DNA from: Lawsonibacter sp.
Lineage (GTDB): Bacteria; Bacillota; Clostridia; Oscillospirales; Oscillospiraceae
Direction of reading: 5' to 3'
Length of the DNA: 64,000 nt
Assembly: GCA_050943895.1 (NCBI GenBank)
Contig: JBMNQA010000008.1
Span: 26,351-90,350, forward strand
Both the position numbers and the translations under genes were made by a program. Below, one piece after another: positions 40,001 through 47,806 of this stretch (its first letter is position 1; each line of letters opens with the position of its first letter). The notes beneath the pieces were generated by a model. It saw only the letters and a list, made by a program, of their open reading frames with translations, had not been told where the DNA came from and searched no databases.

Positions 40001-41903
40001 TCTGCCCGGCGCGGCGCAATATTTTGCATTTGAGGAAGATGGTGGTCAGTTGGCTGTCTTGAACTTGTTGGGTAACCTCAACAATACGCTGCATGTGGGG
40101 GTGAGAACGGGGCAGAGAGCGCTCTGCTTCCCGGAAAAATTCCAATGCCGCAGTGATAAGACGCAGATCTCCAGAGAGAGCGAAATGGGTGGCAAAGGCA
40201 ATGAGCTTTTCCCGTACTTCCTCCCCATAATACTGGGGTGGCAGGTAACGAATGGCATCCAAAAGTGTGAAAGCGGTGTCGGGGGAAATCTGTTGGGGAT
40301 TCTCATAGTAATTTAAAAAGGCGCCCAAAAAACGGGGAATATCTCCTGGACGGGCGTGGGAGAGCATGGAATCTACCACTAACTTCAGGGTGTAACCAAT
40401 GTGGGAACGCTGTTGAGGGGTGGTCTTGTGGTCGGGAAAGATAATCATGTCTAGATACTGTCCCCACAGAGTAAAAGGAACTTCCTCTGCTGGATCGTTT
40501 TGCGCGTCTGCTGGGACCTCCTTACGGTACACCAGGTGGAAGCGGGCAATAAGCTGTCCAATCAGTCCTGCTGCCTGACGGCGGATATCACCTTCACGGT
40601 GGATCAGAAGTTCGTGAAAAAACGAGAGAGCTTGCGTCTTTTGCCGCACGGAGAGATAGGTAGAATACTCCCCAAATATATTGAGATAAGCGCGCAGCTG
40701 CTGCCAACTTTTGGCGGAACGGGCGGCTTCTATGATGTTGCCGAAACGCTGTTCGTTGGACAACATATGCATAAGACGCAGGTTGTGGTCCACGGAAAGT
40801 AAAATTAGACTGTCCAGAGTCTCTTCGGGGTTCATCAAAGCCGGGTCTTTTACCGGAGTTGGAGGTTGAGGCTGACCCACTAGGTCCACATCTACCCCAA
40901 GACGGCGCATGTAGTCCTCGAAATCGTGTAGTTTTCCATAGACGAACTCATATCGCCGGCGCTTTTTTCTATCCACATTGTCGAGTTTAGACAATATGAC
41001 TTGGAAAGATTGATCCAGGGGATAGAGGACGGTAATTTCATGCCCGTCTGCGTCCCGACTCTGTTTGGAACGAAAGTCGGCGTAAATGAGCAACAAAGAC
41101 TCCACCGAAAGGGATTCTAGTTCCAGATCCCAAGTGGAGTGGTTGGATGCAATGTGGCTAATGCCGTCCATCTTCCGTTCCAGCAACCACTGGTCGGTAT
41201 AGTAGTAATGGAGATAAGGAACTCGTTCTCCTGGACGGCAGCCAAATTTTCCTACATCATGGGCGGCAGCTGCCCCAGAAATAAGGGACAAGTCCACCTC
41301 CACACCAGCATCCACCAATCCCCGAGCTGCGGTCATAGCAATGAAATGAACTCCGGCAATATGGCTCAAAGTACGAAAGGGAGTGACTTCCAGTCCCAGG
41401 CGCATCAACTCATAAAGAAATTCGTCTCGCCAGGCGGTTAAAAAACGGTGGTACTCTTTGCCATGGTCGCACCCTTCATATTCTTCTCGGGATAGGAGTT
41501 GAAAATCCAGCATGGGATCAAAGGGAAGGGCGGCGCGCTCTTGGTCCAACAAAAGCTGAAGGACGGTCAAATAGACGATTGCTCCCTCTGCATAAGGCGC
41601 ACAATCTGTGGCAAAGCCGCCTCCGGGAAACATCCGATGGCAGATATAGCGATAGCAAAAGGGGAGCCAGCCGTCTTCCGGGGCATTGGGAGACAGAGGG
41701 GAGAGCAGAGGAGTACATACCTGAAGAACCTTTGTACAGGTCAATCGCTCTCGAACAGGAAGCAAAGTAGCAAGTCCCTCTTGCCAGGATTGATTTCGCA
41801 GCAATGCGGCCAATCCCTTTCGGCTGGATAAGGAGGGGAGATGGCGAAGAGACAGAGCCTCTGCCAGGGTGTGGTTAAACTGTCGAATCAGCTTATCATG
41901 CAT
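37089..41903 (-). CDS. ~1600-aa multidomain protein: HD hydrolase + helical region + HIGH-type nucleotidyltransferase + GNAT-like + PRTase-like
   Basis: HD: HIAGVH..AAHDVGK..H..NH..YAD. NTase: FFPGTFDPFTLSH, LVAGSD, ISSSRIRE. GNAT-like: LLGFASY...YGQLLLSELL...LARMGF. PRPP-loop-like VILVDDLMHPG. Confidence 0.8.
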   Translation of the reverse strand: MHDKLIRQFNHTLAEALSLRHLPSLSSRKGLAALLRNQSWQEGLATLLPVRERLTCTKVLQVCTPLLSPLSPNAPEDGWLPFCYRYICHRMFPGGGFATDCAPYAEGAIVYLTVLQLLLDQERAALPFDPMLDFQLLSREEYEGCDHGKEYHRFLTAWRDEFLYELMRLGLEVTPFRTLSHIAGVHFIAMTAARGLVDAGVEVDLSLISGAAAAHDVGKFGCRPGERVPYLHYYYTDQWLLERKMDGISHIASNHSTWDLELESLSVESLLLIYADFRSKQSRDADGHEITVLYPLDQSFQVILSKLDNVDRKKRRRYEFVYGKLHDFEDYMRRLGVDVDLVGQPQPPTPVKDPALMNPEETLDSLILLSVDHNLRLMHMLSNEQRFGNIIEAARSAKSWQQLRAYLNIFGEYSTYLSVRQKTQALSFFHELLIHREGDIRRQAAGLIGQLIARFHLVYRKEVPADAQNDPAEEVPFTLWGQYLDMIIFPDHKTTPQQRSHIGYTLKLVVDSMLSHARPGDIPRFLGAFLNYYENPQQISPDTAFTLLDAIRYLPPQYYGEEVREKLIAFATHFALSGDLRLITAALEFFREAERSLPRSHPHMQRIVEVTQQVQDSQLTTIFLKCKILRRAGQNVDAMEQMLYQLDITSEVFLDNLKNATPWIVKVAGVELLRDQVEHGVKTHILHIATHFSNLVKVSERVVVRHSAGSALVRTLSILRRDQRNEVVVELGKGLEMGQYEISKYIPQYLGEAALYLHPSELDEQVLWLKSLLGSPNDSAVSGALNTIGVLLQHYPAYRDRFAESDTAYENRRQELLGLLLQGLAHYREAVRQEALLVIGKMLFESSVLDMEEKGRLFALCYRKLLFLIQESPGQDHLTFFYRAAALAHINRFIALRRLDHGPFTFERPRKIAFFPGTFDPFTLSHKGIVHAIRDLGFEVYLAVDEFSWSKKAQPHLIRRQIVNLSVAGDFHVHLFPDDIPVNIANPQDLHRLLNLFPGQKVYLVAGSDVVANASSYKAPPQPFSVHQMNHVIFRRVGEAELPKTLPITGDVIRLQLPPHLEDISSSRIRENVDLNRDISNFIDPVIQDFIYQNGLYLRDAQEKPLLYAGDLEFQWDDAPAPLLLADLTAGLPERDIVRNSISRCSDRVLLLRRTGAQSQLLGFASYRYLTTSDLFSALGDPQLANRVRLRAAGKTVLITALYADTSDRYKDYGQLLLSELLSRALEEEHVYAVFAPHDGHLSSELENNLARMGFLSYEGDRPIREVDMHAPTVLIQNLETAIQEPLSRNPRVLSAIRRSHQRLQQALTGLYPGSLVLTLSADIIHHRLLEKITAYNNVPAVPTVPRVLGENMCVPFGKLLRGKIVPNTVTKTIHTDKVYSPNLMDSTIEAFPYYSPIPCQIRTIKSFNRPVILVDDLMHPGFRMRALDPILRQEQVPIRMVLVGVLSGYGKDLMASWDRPVDSVYFLPRLRQWFVESTLYPFIGGNTVRRSASPVPGLLPGINHILPYALPSYQAECGQEAVFRLSETCLECALDVISTLEQEYRVLYGRNLTLSRLPEAVILPLCPDKGTCLHYDPNLSASVYLENDLEQLLRTQHTTISHI

Positions 41904-42024
41904 AGCAGTACCGCCTTTCGCTCGCATAAAAGGTGAAGGGGCGCTGGGTAAGTTGTAATTTCTTGTCTCAACTATATCACATTTTCCGCCACCTGGAAAG
42001 ATAAGTGAAAAAATACGGAGCCCG

Positions 42025-42894
42025 TTAGGACTCCGTGCGCTGCTGCTGGCGACGATGATACACGTGGGAGATCACCGCCCCCAGCAGCAGAATATTTCCA
42101 CAAAAATAAAGCCACACCAAAAGCACAATCAATGAGGCGAGAGATCCGTATACCAAAGCATACCGGGAAGACATGTCAATAAACCAGGAAAACATCACGG
42201 AGCAACCCACCATAGCTGCAGCAGTGAGTAGGGCGGACAGGCGCAGTGTCCCGCGGGGAAGTCCGTTGCGCGGCATGCCCACCCGATAAACTGCCAGAAC
42301 CAGGAGCAGAACAAAGCAGAATAGGAGCAGATACCGAAGCCATAGCCACAACCGGGCCAAACTGCCCAGTGGAAACAGGGCACGGATTGCTTGAGGGAGG
42401 TTTTGCTCCAGAACGCTGAAAAACCAATCTCCAGTAAAAATAACTACTACCGAGAGATATACCGTCACCAAAAACAGGGCGGAGAGAATGACACTGGACA
42501 CAGTGCGCCGAAATCGGCGTGTCTGTTTGACCTGAAAAAGTACGTCCATGGTAAAAAATAGGGTCCGAAGTCCTGCAGATGCAGACACTAAAATGGTAAA
42601 TAAGCTAGCCCATAACAAGGCTGGGGACTGGATCCCAGCAATGTACATTAGGTAATCTTCTAATACGGACAGCGCCTCGGTGGGGAGAACTTGGTGTAGA
42701 GTCAATAAGGCTTGTTCCAAATCCATGTGAAACAAGCCGATAAAATAGTTGACACAGACTAAGAGGGGAAACAAAGTCAAGACCAAAAAGTAGGAAAGAG
42801 CAGCTGCCGAACGTGCTACTCCTACTCGGTGGTAAGTTTCTGCTGCGTCCAGGGCAAAGGAAACAATAGGAATCCGGCAAAGGCGCTCCAGCAC
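42025..42894 (-). CDS. YihY/BrkB family membrane protein
   Basis: AAALSYFLVLTLFPLL; C-terminal YALVYGSLASLIVLLVWLYF. Confidence 0.9.
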   Translation of the reverse strand: MLERLCRIPIVSFALDAAETYHRVGVARSAAALSYFLVLTLFPLLVCVNYFIGLFHMDLEQALLTLHQVLPTEALSVLEDYLMYIAGIQSPALLWASLFTILVSASAGLRTLFFTMDVLFQVKQTRRFRRTVSSVILSALFLVTVYLSVVVIFTGDWFFSVLEQNLPQAIRALFPLGSLARLWLWLRYLLLFCFVLLLVLAVYRVGMPRNGLPRGTLRLSALLTAAAMVGCSVMFSWFIDMSSRYALVYGSLASLIVLLVWLYFCGNILLLGAVISHVYHRRQQQRTES

Positions 42895-42960
42895 AGGGGT
42901 CCCCTCCTTTCTGTCCCTACTCTACCATCACACCGGTGCAAAAGATGGGGAAATACGGAA

Positions 42961-42987
42961 AAAGCCGTCTGTACCACAGACGGCTTT
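42961..42987 (-). terminator. Terminator after rpsT
   Basis: AAAGCCGTCTGT-ACC-ACAGACGGCTTT. Confidence 0.8.
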
Positions 42988-43000
42988 CATCGTTTGTTCA

Positions 43001-43264
43001 TCAGGCCAGCTTGTTGAGCTTGATGGTCATGCTGCTCTTTTTGTTGGCAGCGTTGTTCTTGTGCAGCAGCCCCTTGGCAGCGGCCTTATCCACCGCCTTG
43101 ACAGCCACCTTGTAAGCGACATCGGCCTCGCTGCGGTTGCCTTCCGCCACAGCGGCGTCAAACTTCTTCAGTTCGGTCTTCAGCGCGGACTTCGCGGCCT
43201 TGTTCTGCGCAGCCTTGGTCTGGGATACCAACACGCGCTTTTTGGCAGACTTGATATTCGGCAA
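43001..43264 (-). CDS. rpsT: 30S ribosomal protein S20
   Basis: PNIKSAKKR...KGLLHKNNAANKKS. GGAGG RBS before TTG. Confidence 0.97.
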   Translation of the reverse strand: MPNIKSAKKRVLVSQTKAAQNKAAKSALKTELKKFDAAVAEGNRSEADVAYKVAVKAVDKAAAKGLLHKNNAANKKSSMTIKLNKLA

Positions 43265-43454
43265 ACCAAACACCTCCTCCGATTTTCATCGTTAAATTGA
43301 GCACAGTACGCCTGTGCAGATACGTATTTTACCATTGCTCCAAGGAAAAATCAACTCTTTTTTTGATTTTTTTTGAAATTCCGGGATAGTTTTTTAGAAA
43401 CCGCTAAAAATAGGCGGGAAAGATGGATGTAGCACAAGATGTGGGGGGATTTTT

Positions 43455-44345
43455 GTGAAGCAGCGGCGGACGGATTTGGCCATGGAGAGCCGTGAACTGT
43501 GGCAAGAGAGTGCGGGGGCTACTACACGCCTATCTGGAGTTGAGGCCTTTAACGGAGAGAGGGAGGGTATCCCCGTCACAACGGTTCGCGTTTTGGATCG
43601 GGAGGGGGAACAGGCACTTGGAAAACCGCAGGGGACTTATGTAACGTTGACGTTGGAAGGCGTGGAGCGGAGAGAAGAGGATATTTTTGCTCGGGCTTGC
43701 CGGGCGGTGGCTGGGGAACTTACTGCGCTGCTAGGATCGTTGCCTCCCGATGGACTGGTTTTGGTTGCCGGTTTGGGAAACCGGGCTATTACTCCAGATG
43801 CAATCGGCCCCCGGGTGCATGAGCACGTTCTGGTCACCCGCCATTTGGTACAACATATGCCCCAGCAATTTGGTCACCTCCGGCCGGTTGCATCTCTGGC
43901 AGCTGAAGTGTTGGGTAACACTGGGGTAGAGAGCGGAGAAGTGGTGGGAGCCGTGTGTCAGAATATCCACCCGGTTTGCATCATTGCGGTGGATGCTCTG
44001 GCTTCTCGCTCGTTGGATCGCCTGTGTCGAACGGTACAGCTGGCAGATACAGGCATTGCTCCAGGATCAGGGGTAGGCAACCATCGCTTTTCATTAAACC
44101 AAGAAACATTGGGAATTCCGGTTCTGGCCATTGGGGTACCAACGGTGGTGGAAGGGGCGACCTTAGCTGCGGACCTGTTGGGTACAGATGACCTGCCCAA
44201 TTTGGGAGTGGGCCGGGATATGTTGGTTACCCCAAAGGACATTGACAGTCAGGTGGCGGATTTATCCAAAATTATTGGATACGGAATTAGTTTGGCGCTT
44301 CAACCGGGGATGTCAGTAGAGGATTTGGACCTGCTGCTGAGTTGA
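43455..44345 (+). CDS. gpr: Germination protease GPR (A25)
   Basis: RTDLAME, LVAGLGN..ITPDAIGP, IAVDALASR, GIAPGSGVGN, VTPKDID; divergent from rpsT as is usual. Confidence 0.95.
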   Translation: MKQRRTDLAMESRELWQESAGATTRLSGVEAFNGEREGIPVTTVRVLDREGEQALGKPQGTYVTLTLEGVERREEDIFARACRAVAGELTALLGSLPPDGLVLVAGLGNRAITPDAIGPRVHEHVLVTRHLVQHMPQQFGHLRPVASLAAEVLGNTGVESGEVVGAVCQNIHPVCIIAVDALASRSLDRLCRTVQLADTGIAPGSGVGNHRFSLNQETLGIPVLAIGVPTVVEGATLAADLLGTDDLPNLGVGRDMLVTPKDIDSQVADLSKIIGYGISLALQPGMSVEDLDLLLS

Positions 44346-44360
44346 CAGCCTAGTTGTATG

Positions 44361-44393
44361 AAAAGCCCCGGCGAAAAATTTGCGCCGGGGCTT
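44361..44393. terminator. Hairpin between gpr and the convergent small ORF
   Basis: AAGCCCCGGCG...CGCCGGGGCTT. Confidence 0.75.
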
Positions 44394-44395
44394 CG

Positions 44396-44485
44396 TTACA
44401 GCTGCTGGAACAGTAAAATAATGAAAATGTTGACGGCATACACCAGCGCCAGATCGACAACGTAAGTTTCCTCCCAGACCTTCAA
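44396..44485 (-). CDS. Putative 29-aa hydrophobic small protein (not in the ORF track)
   Basis: GGAGGG RBS 6 nt before TTG; MKVWEETYVVDLALVYAVNIFIILLFQQL. The stop is immediately followed by a hairpin. Confidence 0.55.
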   Translation of the reverse strand: MKVWEETYVVDLALVYAVNIFIILLFQQL

Positions 44486-44538
44486 TCCCATCCCTCCGTT
44501 TCTCCCCCGGAACTATAGTTTACGGGAGGTGACAGCAG

Positions 44539-44568
44539 GAATATACCGGGAAAAAATAGGACAAACTA
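44539..44568 (+). promoter_or_regulatory. sigmaF-type promoter of the 91-aa gene
   Basis: GAATA-N15-GGACAAACTA, a close match to the sigmaF consensus. Confidence 0.6.
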
Positions 44569-44616
44569 AAGCCAAGTACTGGGAACCTTGCAGTCCCTGG
44601 AAAGGATGTGACATAG

Positions 44617-44892
44617 ATGGTGAAAGGCATTACCCGTCAAGTTATTTTGGTAAAGTCCCCCGACCCCAAACTGTTTGAAGAGGCAATTTTTATTGTCAAA
44701 GAAGAGGCGTTGGCGCGGGAAGGAGTCAGTGCAGAACAGGTACTCAAGCAGGCGCGCCAGGCGGCTGACGGGTATCTAAAACAGGGCAAAAGCTGGAGTC
44801 GGCGGCTGGAACGCTTGCCTGGACCGGCTTGGGGCGCAGCTGGTGCTGTGTTGGCTTCGGCAGGATGGGCAACCTGGCTGCTGTTGCTGTAA
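44617..44892 (+). CDS. Small hypothetical protein with C-terminal membrane anchor
   Basis: MVKGITRQVILVKSPDPKLFEEAIFIVKE...; C-terminal hydrophobic GAAGAVLASAGWATWLLLL. Confidence 0.7.
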   Translation: MVKGITRQVILVKSPDPKLFEEAIFIVKEEALAREGVSAEQVLKQARQAADGYLKQGKSWSRRLERLPGPAWGAAGAVLASAGWATWLLLL

Positions 44893-45002
44893 CCTGAGGG
44901 GAAGAGGGGCATAGGATGGAAGGTCGGAGCGCTGGTGGCAGACTCCGCCTTCTCCCAGCCCGCTTTCATCGGGTATATAAGGAATGGAGGAGATTTGTAC
45001 TT

Positions 45003-46850
45003 ATGTGTGGAATATGTGGGTTTTGTGATTTTACCCGGAGTAATGCTAACTTGGAGTGGCAAGCAATTGGTCATCGTATGGGAAAACGGTTTGACCAAAG
45101 GGACTATGATGTGAAAGGGCTGTGGCAAGGAAAGGATTGTGTCCTGGTTTATCGAGAGAGGTTGAGGACAGATATCAACCAGGGCAATCAGCCTATGTAT
45201 TGGAGGACGGGGGACGACGAATTTGTACTGCTCTATGACGGCGAACTATATAACGCGCCCACCTTACGTCAACAACTGAAGCAGGAAGGAGTCCAGCTGC
45301 AGACCGACAGTGACACGGAGGTATTACTGTGGATGCTGATTCTATGGGGGGAAGAGGCACTGGCACAGCTGGAGGGAGTCTATGCCTTTGCCTTTTGGGA
45401 CACAACCAGGCGGCGTTTGCTGTGTGCCCGCGATCGCTTTGGCATGAAGCAGCTATTTTACGCTTGGCAGGGCGACACGTTGGTGTTTGCTTCTCAGCCA
45501 GAGGCGCTGTTTGAATATCCAGGTCTGTCACCGAGATTGGGAAAAGATGGATTGCGGGAAGTGCTGGGTCTTGGTCCTGTTCGTACTCCGGGAAAGGGGA
45601 CATTTCAGGGGGTACAAGAATTGCTGCCTGCCAATTTCCTGTTGGTTGCTCCTCAGGGAAGTACAATTCAACCTTATTGGGAATTGCATAGCAAACCCCA
45701 TAGCGAGGACTATTCCACAACGGTGGAGCGAGTGCGGGATTTGCTCACCAGCGCTATCCAGAGGCAAATAGTCCGTGATGCTCCTCTTTGTACATTCCTT
45801 TCTGGAGGCTTGGATTCCTCCTTTGTCACCGCAGTAACTGCGTGCACATACACCCGGGAAGGTAAGCCGCCGCTGGAGACCTATTCCTTTGATTCTATGG
45901 GAAACTCGACCAATACCCAATCTGGTATTTGTCAATCAGATCCCCACAAGCCCTATTTGCAACAGATGGTGCAGGCTTTTCACACCCGACACCGGGTAAT
46001 ATTATGTGATGTTCCAGCCCTGGCCCAACGCTTGGAAAAATCTATGGAGGCCCGGGGCTTACCTGGGATGGCAGAGATTGATGCCGCCTTTCTGTATTTC
46101 TGCGAGGAGGTGGCAAAAACCCATGTAGTGGCTTTGTCTGGAGTATGTGCAGACGAATTATTTGGCGGCTGCCCCTGGTTTGAATCGAATGCCATAGTCC
46201 AGACAGATACATTTCCCTGGTGCCCGGATTTGGTGCACCGCCGCGAGGTCATTCAAAAAGAAATATGGGAAGATTTAGAGGTTGAAGCTTACGTCCGCGG
46301 TCAGTTTAAGAAAGCGCTAGCCCAGTGCCCCCACTGGGAAGGAGAGCCAATGTGGGAACAGCGTTATCGGGAGATGGCGTGGCTGACGCTAAACTGGTAT
46401 ATGCCTTGTTTGTTGGAGCGGGAGAGCCGAATGAGTTGGACTTCCGGTCTAAACATACGAGTTCCATTTTGCGACCACCATCTTGTAGAATATGTATGGA
46501 ACATACCTTATGCAATGAAAGCGATGAATGGGCAGCCGAAGCAGATCCTGCGGGATGCGGCGCGGGGATTACTTCCTGAGCAAGTGCGCAGCCAGAAAAA
46601 GGTTTTCGTTCCGCAAAGTTATAATTCGTTGTATGGACAGCTGATGCGAGTAGCGCTCCTGCGAGTGTTGGAAGATTCCAATGCTCCCATCCATTCCCTG
46701 GTAGACAAAGCTGCGTTACTGAATATCCTGCTGAACCGAAACGATGAAAAGGGGTGTATCTGGTTTAGTCAAGAAATGCCAATCTCTCAAATGGCAGCAT
46801 ATCTTGTGCAACTAAACGCCTGGATGGTAAAATTTGGCCTATCCATTTAA
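45003..46850 (+). CDS. Asparagine synthase (glutamine-hydrolysing), AsnO-like, with many active-site substitutions
   Basis: MCGICG start, SDTEVLL, ARDRFG, LSGGLDSS, RVPFCDHHLVEY. Confidence 0.85.
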   Translation: MCGICGFCDFTRSNANLEWQAIGHRMGKRFDQRDYDVKGLWQGKDCVLVYRERLRTDINQGNQPMYWRTGDDEFVLLYDGELYNAPTLRQQLKQEGVQLQTDSDTEVLLWMLILWGEEALAQLEGVYAFAFWDTTRRRLLCARDRFGMKQLFYAWQGDTLVFASQPEALFEYPGLSPRLGKDGLREVLGLGPVRTPGKGTFQGVQELLPANFLLVAPQGSTIQPYWELHSKPHSEDYSTTVERVRDLLTSAIQRQIVRDAPLCTFLSGGLDSSFVTAVTACTYTREGKPPLETYSFDSMGNSTNTQSGICQSDPHKPYLQQMVQAFHTRHRVILCDVPALAQRLEKSMEARGLPGMAEIDAAFLYFCEEVAKTHVVALSGVCADELFGGCPWFESNAIVQTDTFPWCPDLVHRREVIQKEIWEDLEVEAYVRGQFKKALAQCPHWEGEPMWEQRYREMAWLTLNWYMPCLLERESRMSWTSGLNIRVPFCDHHLVEYVWNIPYAMKAMNGQPKQILRDAARGLLPEQVRSQKKVFVPQSYNSLYGQLMRVALLRVLEDSNAPIHSLVDKAALLNILLNRNDEKGCIWFSQEMPISQMAAYLVQLNAWMVKFGLSI

Positions 46851-47038
46851 CAGCTATTTGACTCATTGACTCCGCCGCCTGGTTTGACACCAGGCGGTTT
46901 TTCTTTTCTTTAAGAAAAACTTAATCAAATCCTTCGCTTTCTTTTAAAGCATTTGGGGAAACTGTATGATACTATCTAATACAGTTTGAACCTGCTGAGC
47001 AAATTCCGTTTTGCTCTAAGCGGGAAGGAGGCATTAAG

Positions 47039-47806
47039 ATGAAAGAAGTCTTAGTTGTGGGGGAACTGACGAAAACCTATGGAAAAGGCAGTGCGGCCAC
47101 CCACGCTTTGGATGGAGTATCGCTGGCATTGCAACCGGGGGAATTTGTAGGGATTATGGGGCCATCCGGGTCGGGTAAAACCACGCTGCTCAACTGTATT
47201 GCCACCATTGACCGCCCTACTTCCGGTTCCATCGTGATAGATGGCCGGGAGTTGACTCGGCTGAAGGGGAGGGAATTGACTCAGTTTCGCCGAGAACGGC
47301 TCGGATTCATCTTTCAAGACTGTAATCTTTTGGATACTCTGACAGCGTTTGAAAACATTGCCTTAGCTCTATCCATTGTGGGTGCACCCACGAAGGATAT
47401 TGCTCGACGGGTACAAGAAACCGCTCAGCGGTTGGGGATTGCTGACTGCTTGGAAAAATACCCTTATCAGATGTCTGGCGGACAGCAGCAGCGTTGTGCG
47501 GCTGCCCGCGCCATTGTTACCCATCCGGCTCTCGTGTTGGCGGACGAACCAACTGGCGCCCTGGACTCTCGCTCAGCCCGGATGCTTTTAGAGCGTATGG
47601 AGGAACTGAATCGAGATTTGGGGACCACCATTTTAATGGTTACCCATGACGCTTTTACTGCCAGTTGTTGCCGACGCGTAATTTTTTTGCAAGACGGCAA
47701 AATTCTCCTTCAACTTCATCGACAAGGAGAGGACCGACGAGCCTTTTTCCAGCAGATTATCCAGGTGGTGTCCAAAATGGGAGGAGAGATGGCGGATGTT
47801 TTGTAA
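47039..47806 (+). CDS. ABC transporter ATP-binding subunit (BceA/LolD-like)
   Basis: GPSGSGKT, MSGGQQQR, LADEPTGALD, MVTHD. Confidence 0.95.
   Translation: MKEVLVVGELTKTYGKGSAATHALDGVSLALQPGEFVGIMGPSGSGKTTLLNCIATIDRPTSGSIVIDGRELTRLKGRELTQFRRERLGFIFQDCNLLDTLTAFENIALALSIVGAPTKDIARRVQETAQRLGIADCLEKYPYQMSGGQQQRCAAARAIVTHPALVLADEPTGALDSRSARMLLERMEELNRDLGTTILMVTHDAFTASCCRRVIFLQDGKILLQLHRQGEDRRAFFQQIIQVVSKMGGEMADVL

Noticed and set aside
37089-41903. Calling the giant gene simply nadD or an anti-phage NAD-restoration system
   Set aside because: The NTase is only ~10% of the protein, the PRTase motif is type I rather than the NAPRT/NAMPT type, no NiaR box was seen upstream, and the context is housekeeping rather than a defence island.
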